Source: Obrimoposthia wandeli | Taxonomy: Eukaryota | Length of the DNA: 64,000 bases | Assembly: GCA_977020255.1 (NCBI GenBank) | Contig: CDROCS010000506.1 | Location: 1,550,001-1,614,000 of the forward strand | Direction of reading: 5' to 3' | Shown here: positions 51,273-60,911 of the stretch, one piece after another | How the letters are laid out: the number at the start of each line of letters is the position of its first letter | Position numbering within the stretch: position 1 is the stretch's first letter | Notes under the pieces: model-generated | Database searches by the model: none | Told to the model about the DNA's origin: nothing | The model's input: the letters and a program-made list of their open reading frames with translations, nothing else | Program-made: the position numbers and the translations under genes

Positions 51273-52796
51273 ATGTTGAATTTTACCGGTGAATTGGTCT
51301 TTGGCCATCGCGTTTTGAATTTTAATGTTAGCGCTAATATTAAAACCCTTACCCTAACTGGCACCACAGTTAAAAAAGGCTTTTTATATGCTTACCTGTA
51401 TGACAGTGAGCAGCAATTACGCGCCAATTTATTATTTCAAAAAACCGATAAAACACTAATCTTAACGCCTGAATCTGCTTCACTTGGCGGTATCGCAGGA
51501 AACCTCCCTGCTGGTGATTGGCAATTACACCTATATAACCTTGAAGGTGAAAATCGCACACCCAAGGCGATGCATTATGCTATTGATATTGATATTGATT
51601 TAAATGAGCAGCTTGAAACTGAATACAGCACCAACACACAATTACTCGAAACTCCGACTCAAGCCTGCTTGCTTACCAATCCAGGTTCACCATTAGATCA
51701 CAGCATTCATTTTGATTATCACCACAGTAAAAATAATAATGCAGCTTGGTATCGCGGTGATTTACACGCTCACACCTTATTATCCGATGGTCACAATACC
51801 CTTGCTGCAGCGGCGCAAATAGCCGAGCAACAAGCGCTCGATTTCTTTTTTATTACCGAACACAATATTTGCCACCCTGCATTGCCCGTTACCGACAAAA
51901 CATTAATTTTACCTGCAATTGAAGTCACCACAGACCAAGGACATTTTAATGTTCACGGCCCTCGCCGTATGCTCAACATGTTCAATGCCGCTTATTCAAG
52001 TGCTGCACTGATTGAACAAGGTCTTGGTTTAGTTGCCAACGATGAAGGCAATATCAGTATTAACCACCCAATGATGAAACCATGGCATTGGCATTATCAA
52101 AATATTCAATTAGATAAAGTAAATACCTTGGAAATTTGTTGTGATCCAACATGGCCTACCTCACCGAAAGCCACTGAAGGCGCATTAACTCTACTCACGC
52201 AGCTATGGAATTGTGGTCATCGTATCGCAGGCGTTGGCGGCAGTGATTCGCATTTAGCACCCCATGAACGTAACGCTAATGCAACGGAACCGTCCATTTA
52301 TGGCGATCCAAGTACTTTTGTGCATGCCGATACACTGTCGGGTAATGGTATTTTACAAGGCTTACGTCAAGGACATGTTTATCTAGAACGTCAATGTGGT
52401 TTGGATTTTCAAATTAATAATGGCACGGTATTACCGGGTCAAGATGTAGGTAACAAGGTTATCGATTATCGCCTAGCAGTCACAGATAAACGCACTGCAT
52501 ATTATGCCGAATGTATCGCCGATGGCGAAGTGATAAGCCGTATAAAACTAACCGATGAAGACTCTCATTTCCAAGTTGATATGAGCAACTATGCCTGGCT
52601 ACGTATTGATATTCGTCGCGGTACTTTTCTTAATAACAGTTATGACAATAGTGCTGATAACAGTAATGACAACGACCCTGCTGAATTTGAAGGGCTAATA
52701 AACCCAATTTATAACGCGACCAAAACTATCTTTAGCCACCCTCTGGTAAATACTTGGGGCGAATTAATGGAAGAGACAAATACCCATGGAAATTAA
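51273..52796 (+). CDS. CehA/McbA-family PHP-domain metallohydrolase
   Basis: WYRGDLHAHT..SDG, ITEHN, IEVTT..GHFN, NHP, GGSDSH; no signal peptide. Confidence 0.85.
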   Translation: MLNFTGELVFGHRVLNFNVSANIKTLTLTGTTVKKGFLYAYLYDSEQQLRANLLFQKTDKTLILTPESASLGGIAGNLPAGDWQLHLYNLEGENRTPKAMHYAIDIDIDLNEQLETEYSTNTQLLETPTQACLLTNPGSPLDHSIHFDYHHSKNNNAAWYRGDLHAHTLLSDGHNTLAAAAQIAEQQALDFFFITEHNICHPALPVTDKTLILPAIEVTTDQGHFNVHGPRRMLNMFNAAYSSAALIEQGLGLVANDEGNISINHPMMKPWHWHYQNIQLDKVNTLEICCDPTWPTSPKATEGALTLLTQLWNCGHRIAGVGGSDSHLAPHERNANATEPSIYGDPSTFVHADTLSGNGILQGLRQGHVYLERQCGLDFQINNGTVLPGQDVGNKVIDYRLAVTDKRTAYYAECIADGEVISRIKLTDEDSHFQVDMSNYAWLRIDIRRGTFLNNSYDNSADNSNDNDPAEFEGLINPIYNATKTIFSHPLVNTWGELMEETNTHGN

Positions 52797-53538
52797 AGGA
52801 TTACTATTCGACAAAGATGGCACCTTGCTCGAGTTTCATCAGATGTGGCTACAAGTAGCCAAAGGCGCAGCTGCTGATACCCTTAACGCTTACCCACCTG
52901 AAAGTAGCTGCGATGATGATAAAACCAACGTAGATATTACAGCTTTGTTGGCTGCCATTGGTGTGCACGGTGACTATGTTGATAATCATGGATTGCTGGC
53001 TTCCAACCCTGTCGAGGACACGGCTGAGGCTTGGTATCAATTACTGCAATTAAGCAGTGATAAAAGCCAATTCAGCCAGACAGTGAAAAAGCTATTCAAC
53101 AAACAGGTTGAAGATAACCCAGCCTTGATCCAAGCCTTACCCGAGGTTAAAGACAAATTAATAGATCTAAAAGCCCAAGGCTTCAAATTGGGTATTGCCA
53201 CTGCGGACAGTAAAGACGCCACTCTCTATAGTTTAATACAGACGCAATTACACGATTTATTCGACTTTGTTGGTTATTCCGATGGCGATATTGCGCCGAA
53301 ACCAGCCCCGGCATTATTGAATGCTTTTTGCCAAGTCTGCGATCTAGTACCAGAGCAAGTGATCATGTTTGGCGATACCGTTTCTGATATGAAATTTGGC
53401 CGTAATGCAGGCGCTAGCACCATCGGCGTTTTAACTGGCACAGCAACCGAAGACGAATTAAAGCCTTATGCAGATATTGTCCTGTATTCAGTTGCTGACT
53501 TTAATACTGATTTGTTGATGACAATTAATCAGCGCTAA
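52786..53538 (+). CDS. HAD-IA family phosphatase
   Basis: LFDKDGTL, GIATAD, KPAP, MFGDTVSD; start overlaps the PHP gene stop. Confidence 0.92.
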   Translation: MEIKGLLFDKDGTLLEFHQMWLQVAKGAAADTLNAYPPESSCDDDKTNVDITALLAAIGVHGDYVDNHGLLASNPVEDTAEAWYQLLQLSSDKSQFSQTVKKLFNKQVEDNPALIQALPEVKDKLIDLKAQGFKLGIATADSKDATLYSLIQTQLHDLFDFVGYSDGDIAPKPAPALLNAFCQVCDLVPEQVIMFGDTVSDMKFGRNAGASTIGVLTGTATEDELKPYADIVLYSVADFNTDLLMTINQR

Positions 53539-53590
53539 TAGCGGCTAATCATTATCACGAATAATTACCACAAATAATACGGAAATCATA

Positions 53591-54730
53591 ATGGCTGAAG
53601 TAATATTACGTCAGGTAGAAAAAGTTTATCCAAATGGATTTAAAGCTGTTCACGGTATCGACCTTACGATCCATGAAGGTGAGTTTATGGTCTTTGTTGG
53701 TCCATCGGGCTGTGCAAAATCGACCACATTACGCATGATCGCGGGATTAGAAGACATCAGTGATGGCCAGATCATGATCGGTAATAAGTGCGTTAATAAT
53801 TTACCGCCTAAAGATCGCGGTATCTCCATGGTTTTTCAAAACTATGCCCTATACCCGCACATGTCGGTATATGAAAATATGGCGTTTGGTTTAAAGCAGC
53901 AAAAAATCAATAAACGCGAAATAGAACGTCGTATTAGTGATGCGGCTGAGACATTAGAAATCACCCACTTATTAGCAAGTAAGCCCGGTGAAATGTCAGG
54001 TGGTCAACGCCAACGAGTTGCGTTAGGCCGAGCGATGGTACGCAAACCCGATGTATTTTTATTTGATGAACCCTTATCTAACTTAGATGCTAAATTACGT
54101 GTATCTACCCGTATCAGTATTGCCCAATTACATCATGATTTAAAAGCCGAAGGCCAAAATGCGACGATGATTTATGTCACCCATGATCAAGTTGAAGCGA
54201 TGACACTCGGTGATCGTATTTGCGTACTTGATCAAGGTAAAATCATGCAAGTGGATACACCGATGAACTTGTATCATTCACCGGCAAATAAATTTGTTGC
54301 AGGCTTTATTGGCTCTCCGGCAATGAACTTACTGCGCGCAACGGTAAGCCAAGAAAATGATGCCACTTACATCCAATTAGATAATGGTGCTAAATTTTTA
54401 TTACCAAGCGATAAAGCGGAAAAAGTGACGGGAAAAATCGGTCAACAAGTTTGGTTTGGATTACGCCCTGAGCACATATCTCTCGTTGCGCCATCGACAG
54501 AAGCGGCGACAGCCCAAGAACAAAATATTGAACTCACTTACATCAAAGTAGTGGAGTCGATGGGTAATGAAATGTATCTCTATTGCGCATTAGGACAAGA
54601 GCAGATCATTGCGCGTTGTCATTTTGATCCAAAGATTAATATTCAGCATAGTGAAAGTCATTATATGCATTTTGATATGTCACATTGCCATTTGTTTGAT
54701 ATTGATACCGAACTGGCACTCGTTAATTAA
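53591..54730 (+). CDS. CUT1 ABC ATP-binding protein (UgpC/MalK-like)
   Basis: GPSGCAKST, MVFQNYALYPHM, MSGGQRQRVALGRA, FDEPLSNLDAKLR, TOBE domain. Confidence 0.95.
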   Translation: MAEVILRQVEKVYPNGFKAVHGIDLTIHEGEFMVFVGPSGCAKSTTLRMIAGLEDISDGQIMIGNKCVNNLPPKDRGISMVFQNYALYPHMSVYENMAFGLKQQKINKREIERRISDAAETLEITHLLASKPGEMSGGQRQRVALGRAMVRKPDVFLFDEPLSNLDAKLRVSTRISIAQLHHDLKAEGQNATMIYVTHDQVEAMTLGDRICVLDQGKIMQVDTPMNLYHSPANKFVAGFIGSPAMNLLRATVSQENDATYIQLDNGAKFLLPSDKAEKVTGKIGQQVWFGLRPEHISLVAPSTEAATAQEQNIELTYIKVVESMGNEMYLYCALGQEQIIARCHFDPKINIQHSESHYMHFDMSHCHLFDIDTELALVN

Positions 54731-54754
54731 TACATAACTCATAACATACCAGCT

Positions 54755-54793
54755 AAAAAAAAGAGCAATACGGCTGCCGTATTGCTCTTTTTT
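54755..54793. terminator. Bidirectional terminator between the ABC ATPase and tauD
   Basis: aaaaaaaagagcaatacgg-ctg-ccgtattgctctttttt. Confidence 0.9.
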
Positions 54794-54870
54794 ATTGGGT
54801 AAACTTTTAGCTATTCAGCTTGGATTTACACGACTGATTTACAAAGGATTTATATACTATATTTAATCAA

Positions 54871-55683
54871 TTAAACAACAGTCACACGATGTAATTTACG
54901 TGGGCTATCGGCATAATCAATTACTGCATAATGTTGCGTACTGCGGTTATCCCAAATAGCTAATGAATTGGCCTGCCACTTAAAACGCACTTGATACTCG
55001 GGTTGTCTAGCCATGGCAAACAGCTTTGCGAGTAAAGCATTACTGTCCTCGCGATCCATACCAATAATATAACGGGTGAATTGCTCGTTAATAAATAATA
55101 TCTCTTCCCCGGTGTCAGGATGGCGCGTAATAACCGGATGCGATACCGGTGGATTTTTTGCTGATACCGCGATGACATCTTTCTGCCAATCTTCAGTGAT
55201 CTCGCTACTTTCAATACCATCAAAAGCAAATAATGCATGCATCGCTGATAACTGACGTAGTAGTATTTTATCTTGTTCTGGTAATGCGTTAAATACAGCG
55301 GTCATCGAGCACCACAGGGTATCACCGCCACATTGAGGCACATGTTGGGCATGCAACACCGAGGCAATAGAAGGTTGCTGACGCCAGGTTAAATCTGTAT
55401 GCCAAAAACTTTCTAACGGTGGCTTGCCCTTAACCGTTTCAATAATACTGACTTGCGGTGCTTGTTCGACATGCGGAAAAAAAGGATGTGTCGGTTCCAA
55501 TTCACCAAAACGCGCAGCAATTTTTAAATGTTGCTGCGGTGAAAATGCTTGGTCACGTAAAAAAATAACCTGATGGGTAAACCAAGCTTTATAAACGGCT
55601 GCAAATGTCGTGTCATCGCAATTGACCAGATCCACATCGTGGATCAAGGCGCCTATATGCGGAGTAAGCAGCTCAATGCGCAT
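54871..55683 (-). CDS. tauD: TauD/TfdA-family Fe(II)/2-oxoglutarate dioxygenase
   Basis: L.PHIGA.I..VDL, WHTD.TW, GGDTLW, HPVI.RHPDTG, WDNRSTQHYA, LHRVT. Confidence 0.9.
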   Translation of the reverse strand: MRIELLTPHIGALIHDVDLVNCDDTTFAAVYKAWFTHQVIFLRDQAFSPQQHLKIAARFGELEPTHPFFPHVEQAPQVSIIETVKGKPPLESFWHTDLTWRQQPSIASVLHAQHVPQCGGDTLWCSMTAVFNALPEQDKILLRQLSAMHALFAFDGIESSEITEDWQKDVIAVSAKNPPVSHPVITRHPDTGEEILFINEQFTRYIIGMDREDSNALLAKLFAMARQPEYQVRFKWQANSLAIWDNRSTQHYAVIDYADSPRKLHRVTVV

Positions 55684-55688
55684 GCCGG

Positions 55689-56858
55689 TTACTCTTCAAT
55701 CGAGGACGTCTGAGTTTCAACATCCGCATCCATTGCAATACGGTTTAAGTCCGTCACAATTTGCTGCTCGACTACATCATCAGTTAAGTCACCAGTTAAA
55801 ACGTCAGTCTCAGCTAAAGCACCTTTAACTTTTTCTGTTAAGCTAATAATAAGCTTAGCCTGTTCATCATTAAGCTCTTTTTGTTGGTGCAATTGATGAC
55901 GTAGGGCATTATCAAAATACGTAATTTGTTCTATATACGTTAGGCTCGAAATATCTTTTGAAAATAACTTAAAGGCCACCGTCGCAATCGCGTCACGATA
56001 ACGTAAGGCAATTTTTTCACTTTCCGAACGATCGACACTATTGATCCAATGAACTTCCGTTGTCACATTAATAGCGCGACGTAAATCGTCTTCAACTTTG
56101 ACAATGATGGCATCAAGAATATGCTGCTCGCGTGGCGCTAATTCAATTGCATCTTTTAATTGCAGAATACGTTGTTGGATTTGAGCATATGTTTCTGGGA
56201 TCAACTCTTGATCCAGCTTTTTCATTTTCTTAACCAACGGCGTATAGGAGTTACTTTTTACAATTTTAATTTCAAGCTGTAACAAACGAGCTTGTATCTT
56301 CGCGCTACTTTGCTCATAACCGTCTGTTGACTCATCATCTTCAATATCTTCAATTAAGTCCGCAGTACTTTCATGAATATCATCTAATTCATTCTGCCAT
56401 TGGCCATGAACGTGGGGAGATAAGTATTCCATGTCCGCGAGTTGTTGAGTTAAAAATACAGACACTAATGTTTTGATACGCACAGCGTTATCTAACGCTT
56501 CTTGCGCTTCTTCAATTTTATCAGTTACTTTACTTTCTGAAGGACCGCCAAAAAAGCCTTGATCGTTAGGATCAAATTTAGCCACTAATGTGCGCATTGA
56601 ACGCACAGCAGAATTAATCTTTTTCCAACTATCCGGAGCAAAAAAAACGTAATCTTCATCTTTACCCGCGTCATATTGTTGTTCAACATGCTCAGCTAAG
56701 GCTTTTACTTTTTGTATTGCCAGTGCCGCTTCATCCATGACTTCGACAGCATTGCTATTATCAACGCTACCTTGCGTTGATTCAGATGACGCACAACCTG
56801 ACAATCCTGCAGCCGATATAATCATCGCTGCACACAGGGTTTTCTTCATGTTGTTCAT
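55689..56858 (-). CDS. Hypothetical alpha-helical lipoprotein
   Basis: 389-aa ORF, lipobox LSGC, coiled-coil character; no recognised domain. Confidence 0.75.
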   Translation of the reverse strand: MNNMKKTLCAAMIISAAGLSGCASSESTQGSVDNSNAVEVMDEAALAIQKVKALAEHVEQQYDAGKDEDYVFFAPDSWKKINSAVRSMRTLVAKFDPNDQGFFGGPSESKVTDKIEEAQEALDNAVRIKTLVSVFLTQQLADMEYLSPHVHGQWQNELDDIHESTADLIEDIEDDESTDGYEQSSAKIQARLLQLEIKIVKSNSYTPLVKKMKKLDQELIPETYAQIQQRILQLKDAIELAPREQHILDAIIVKVEDDLRRAINVTTEVHWINSVDRSESEKIALRYRDAIATVAFKLFSKDISSLTYIEQITYFDNALRHQLHQQKELNDEQAKLIISLTEKVKGALAETDVLTGDLTDDVVEQQIVTDLNRIAMDADVETQTSSIEE

Positions 56859-57032
56859 CCTATCTTTGCAATATAAAAATATGGATATTACCTAACACAT
56901 AGCAAGGTCACAATACAAAAACATGAAATCCGCGTGAATAACACATTTATAAGCACGAAACCCTACCTTAAGGGTAATCCTCTCGGAGTAAATAGACTTA
57001 CTTACCCTATATCATCATTCTATCTATGTTAC

Positions 57033-57050
57033 CGCTTACATACGCTTACA
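57033..57050. promoter_or_regulatory. Direct repeat cgcttaca-N2-cgcttaca (10-bp period), candidate OmpR-family regulator site
   Basis: Reverse strand GTAAG-N5-GTAAG resembles the CpxR GTAAA-N5-GTAAA box; 77 bp upstream of dgkA. Confidence 0.45.
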
Positions 57051-57126
57051 GTTTATAGCGATATATCGCACGATTATGCTGTCTCAACCAAGTAGATATT
57101 CAAATTAATATAAAGGCGATGAGCGA

Positions 57127-57516
57127 ATGAATCAAAGTGATATAACAGGCAACACTGGTAAACCTGGATTAACAGGGTTAACTCGTATTATTAAAGCCAC
57201 TCAATATTCGTTTCAAGGCCTACGCGCTGCATTTAAATACGAGTCAGCTATCAGACAAGAGTTATTACTGTTAATTATTTTCGTACCAATCGCCCTGCTA
57301 TTGGACATCACTAATGTCGAGAAAATACTATTGGTCGCCTCATTGGTGCTGGTACTCATTATCGAACTCGTTAACTCGGCCATAGAAACCGTTGTCGATC
57401 GTATCGGTACTGAACACCATGAATTAAGTGGCCGCGCGAAAGATATTGGCTCTGCCGCGGTGTTTGTTAGTTTATGCTTAAGTGCATTTGTTTGGTTCAT
57501 GATAGTGGTGCTATAA
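57127..57516 (+). CDS. dgkA: Diacylglycerol kinase
   Basis: A.QYSFQGLRAAFKYESAIRQE, ELVNSAIE.VVDRIG.EHHELSGRAKDIGSAAV. Confidence 0.97.
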   Translation: MNQSDITGNTGKPGLTGLTRIIKATQYSFQGLRAAFKYESAIRQELLLLIIFVPIALLLDITNVEKILLVASLVLVLIIELVNSAIETVVDRIGTEHHELSGRAKDIGSAAVFVSLCLSAFVWFMIVVL

Positions 57517-57518
57517 CG

Positions 57519-59132
57519 ATGAAAAATTTCCGTATTAATATCAGTATGACTAAATTTATCTTGCTGTATTCATTATATTTTGGCTTTGTACTCAATATCC
57601 CGATAATCTCTCGCTTAATGGATATCACCGCCGATAGTAATCTGGGTCTATTTGTCTATTCTGTACCGCTATTGCTGACCTGCGCCTTCGTGGTCATTTT
57701 TTCGTTATTTGCATTGCCTTATTTTGCTAAGCCGTTTTTTATACTCGTTGTTATATCTTCCGCCGCCGCTTGTTATGCGACCTTAAAATACGGGGTATTA
57801 TTTGACTACAGCATGATTGAAAATGTGATTGAAACTAATTCCGGTGAAGTGATTTCCTATGTCAATTTAAGCTCCATGCTTTATCTGTTCTTTGCCGGTA
57901 TTGTACCTGCGATATTAATTGCCTTAGTTCGATTTAATACTCAAGAACCATTACTGACACGTATTTTAAAAAGGATCGTATTAGTTGTTGTCGCTATCGT
58001 GATAAGCCTGCTAATTACCGTTTGTTTTTATAAAGACTATGCTTCTGTCGGCCGTAATAATTCTTATCTCAACAAAATGATAGTACCTGCGCATATATTT
58101 AACACCTTCAAATATCTAAAAAATGAAGTCTTTACTGAAAAGCTGACTTACAAACCCCAAGGTGAAGATGCAGTGTTATCTACAGCGACAAATAACAAGC
58201 CAACCTTAATGGTGCTCATTGTCGGTGAAACGGCACGTTCAATGAACATTGGTTATAACGGTTATGCACGTAATACCAATCCTTATACCCAAGATATGGG
58301 TATTATTTCATTCCAAGATGTCTCGTCTTGCGGCACTGCAACTGCACATTCATTACCTTGCATGTTTTCAAATTTAAACCGTAGCAACTACAACAAAAGC
58401 AGGGCAAACAGCCAAGATGATGTACTCGATGTATTAAAACATGCCAACGTTGACGTACTTTGGAAAGACGATGATGGTGGCGATAAATCAGTCGCGAAAG
58501 GCGTTAAGCTGATTAATGTCGACATACATCAAAAGACAGACCTTTGTAATGACGAGAGTTGTTATGACGAAGTAATGCTAAATACATTTGATGATGAGGT
58601 CGCGAGTATGGAAGGTAATAAATTAATCGCCATGCATTTAATCGGTAGTCACGGGCCAACTTATTTTAAGCGCTATCCATCCCAACGAGAATTGTTCACA
58701 CCTTCATGCAATCAAAGTGATATTGAAAATTGCACTGACGAAGAAATCGTTAACGTCTATGACAATACCATTGCTTACACAGATTATGTGATTGCAGAAA
58801 CCATTAAGAAATTGCAGGGTTATGCCAAGGATTACAACGTGGCATTAATGTATATGTCTGATCATGGTGAATCATTAGGTGAAAAAGGTTTATATCTACA
58901 CGGTACACCTTATGCATTTGCCCCAAAAGAACAAACTCAGATACCTTTATTCATGTGGTTACCACAGCAATACGCTGATGCAAAAGGCATTGATAAAGGC
59001 TGTTTAATGGCTAAAGCCAAACAGGGTACTTTCTCACATGATAATTTATTCCATACTTTACTAGGACTGTATGGTGTTGAGAGTAACGTGATTAACCCGC
59101 GTTTGGATATTACCGCGACCTGTCGTTTGTAA
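57519..59132 (+). CDS. eptA: Lipid A phosphoethanolamine transferase
   Basis: N-terminal TM domain, DYASVGRN, VGETAR, SCGTATA.SLPCMFS, HLIGSHGP.YF.RYP, YDNTI.YTD, SDHGESLGE.G.YLHG; start trimmed to 57519. Confidence 0.95.
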   Translation: MKNFRINISMTKFILLYSLYFGFVLNIPIISRLMDITADSNLGLFVYSVPLLLTCAFVVIFSLFALPYFAKPFFILVVISSAAACYATLKYGVLFDYSMIENVIETNSGEVISYVNLSSMLYLFFAGIVPAILIALVRFNTQEPLLTRILKRIVLVVVAIVISLLITVCFYKDYASVGRNNSYLNKMIVPAHIFNTFKYLKNEVFTEKLTYKPQGEDAVLSTATNNKPTLMVLIVGETARSMNIGYNGYARNTNPYTQDMGIISFQDVSSCGTATAHSLPCMFSNLNRSNYNKSRANSQDDVLDVLKHANVDVLWKDDDGGDKSVAKGVKLINVDIHQKTDLCNDESCYDEVMLNTFDDEVASMEGNKLIAMHLIGSHGPTYFKRYPSQRELFTPSCNQSDIENCTDEEIVNVYDNTIAYTDYVIAETIKKLQGYAKDYNVALMYMSDHGESLGEKGLYLHGTPYAFAPKEQTQIPLFMWLPQQYADAKGIDKGCLMAKAKQGTFSHDNLFHTLLGLYGVESNVINPRLDITATCRL

Positions 59133-59135
59133 ATA

Positions 59136-59174
59136 AAAAGCCCCGATAATTGGTTATCCTATTATCGGGGCTTT
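59136..59174. terminator. Bidirectional terminator between eptA and the protease gene
   Basis: aaaagccccgataat...attatcggggcttt. Confidence 0.85.
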
Positions 59175-59216
59175 CACATTATAGACTTCTCACATAATAT
59201 AAATGTCGCTACAAAG

Positions 59217-60848
59217 TTAAATAAAGCGTCTTCTTACCAAGATTAACAAACCTAACGAAAGCAAATAGACCCAATTAATCGCCCCTCCACTACCGCTTGA
59301 GTTTCTTTCTACTGCATTACCATCGGGTCTAACAGATTGACCATCAACTGACCCGTCGGGTTTAACAAATTGACCATCAACTAAGTGGGTTAAATTACTG
59401 ATGATAACGCGATCATTTCCACGATTAGCTACTCTATCTTTCTTATATTCAAGTACGATCGTATTACTATTCCGCGGTAAATTAACGCCCACTGATGTCG
59501 ATTCTATTCCACTGAATCGACTATCAAAACTACCATTTACATACATGTTAAAATAATCAAAATCTTCTTCCGTTGATACATCAATGTCGAAATATAAACT
59601 GCCAGCGGCTAAATCAGTAATGGTTATTTGTGCAAATTCATTGTCATTTAATAACGGACTTTGTAATGTATTGTTATTGCCAATCCATGAATTAGACGAT
59701 GAATAGACGTTGGTATTAGCAATCCTCACAGCGTTACTGACACTTACAGGTGCCACCTCAGATCCAATATAGGATAAGGCAACGACAACACTACTGATTT
59801 GTGGATGGTCCGTGGAAAGATTGACTGACACCTTCTCAAAATCTAATGCCCCTACAGTATAACGAATCGTGACTACGCAACTTTCATTAGTTGTAATCTC
59901 AGCACAACTGTTCGCAGTAATCACACCACTAGACCCAGTTATCGTCGCGCCAGATGTATGGATCGTTTGTCCTGTGGTATTACTGATAGAAAATGAATGT
60001 GTATATAACCCTGCAGTCTTAGCACCTACAAACTCCAATTGACGGAAGCTCAACCCTTTTGTCTTTCCTGCTATCCAGTCGGAAAAATGGCTAACGTTAG
60101 CATAAACACCATAATTACCAGCCTCAGCACAGCCCTCCCCCCAGCTAACAATACCCAATTGCTCAAAGCCATCAGCATTTGCAACCACTATCGGCCCACC
60201 ACTATCACCTTGGCAAGAATCATAGCCGCCACTCACAAAACCAGCACAAAATGCATTATCTTCATTGCGAATAATACTAGGGCATAAGCTTTGTTCAACT
60301 AAAGGAACAATGACTTGATATAGTTCACTTTTAAAGAGGTAATCATCTCGCCCCTGAGCTTGATCACCCCAGCCCATAACCGTTAATGATTCACCTGCAG
60401 AGAGATTGTTACGTAAATACTGATCAGCCAAATTAATCGCGGTATAATTGACATTATTCTCAAGTTCTAAAATCGCAATATCATTACCACTAGCAACACC
60501 AGAGTAACCTTCATGCACGTAAACTTCTTTAACGCTATACCTATGCTGTGCAGCATCTGTTTGCACTAAATCAGAAATACCAACAACAGCATCCAAATCT
60601 TGTCCTTCTTTACCCTCAACACAATGCGCTGCTGTTAATATATAGCGCTCGCCTATAAAGCTCGCACCACAAAATTGACCATTATTTATCTCTCGGTTTT
60701 TAGACACTAAAGCGACCATAAATGGCCAACTGTCGCTATCACTTTTTGTACCGTTAATGATCCTTTGACTCACCTCCTCTGACGCATGAAGTTGACTCAG
60801 CGAGAGTGGAGCTAAAAACAAAAATGAAAGTATTCTCTTAAAATGCAT
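59217..60848 (-). CDS. Secreted trypsin-family serine protease with GlyGly-CTERM anchor (VesB-like)
   Basis: Signal peptide, activation site R|IING, LTAAHC, NDIAIL, DSCQGDSGGP (Asp at S1), C-terminal SGSGGAINWVYLLSLGLLILVRRR. Confidence 0.93.
   Translation of the reverse strand: MHFKRILSFLFLAPLSLSQLHASEEVSQRIINGTKSDSDSWPFMVALVSKNREINNGQFCGASFIGERYILTAAHCVEGKEGQDLDAVVGISDLVQTDAAQHRYSVKEVYVHEGYSGVASGNDIAILELENNVNYTAINLADQYLRNNLSAGESLTVMGWGDQAQGRDDYLFKSELYQVIVPLVEQSLCPSIIRNEDNAFCAGFVSGGYDSCQGDSGGPIVVANADGFEQLGIVSWGEGCAEAGNYGVYANVSHFSDWIAGKTKGLSFRQLEFVGAKTAGLYTHSFSISNTTGQTIHTSGATITGSSGVITANSCAEITTNESCVVTIRYTVGALDFEKVSVNLSTDHPQISSVVVALSYIGSEVAPVSVSNAVRIANTNVYSSSNSWIGNNNTLQSPLLNDNEFAQITITDLAAGSLYFDIDVSTEEDFDYFNMYVNGSFDSRFSGIESTSVGVNLPRNSNTIVLEYKKDRVANRGNDRVIISNLTHLVDGQFVKPDGSVDGQSVRPDGNAVERNSSGSGGAINWVYLLSLGLLILVRRRFI
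59320..59382. repeat. 33-bp tandem duplication in the protease C-terminal linker (VDGQFVKPDGS/VDGQSVRPDGN)
   Basis: Two 30-nt copies at 59320 and 59353, read directly. Confidence 0.85.
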
Positions 60849-60911
60849 AACCTAATCCTTGGCCAAACGGTTTTTGATTGATTTGATGTGTAATATATTC
60901 CACCAATCATA

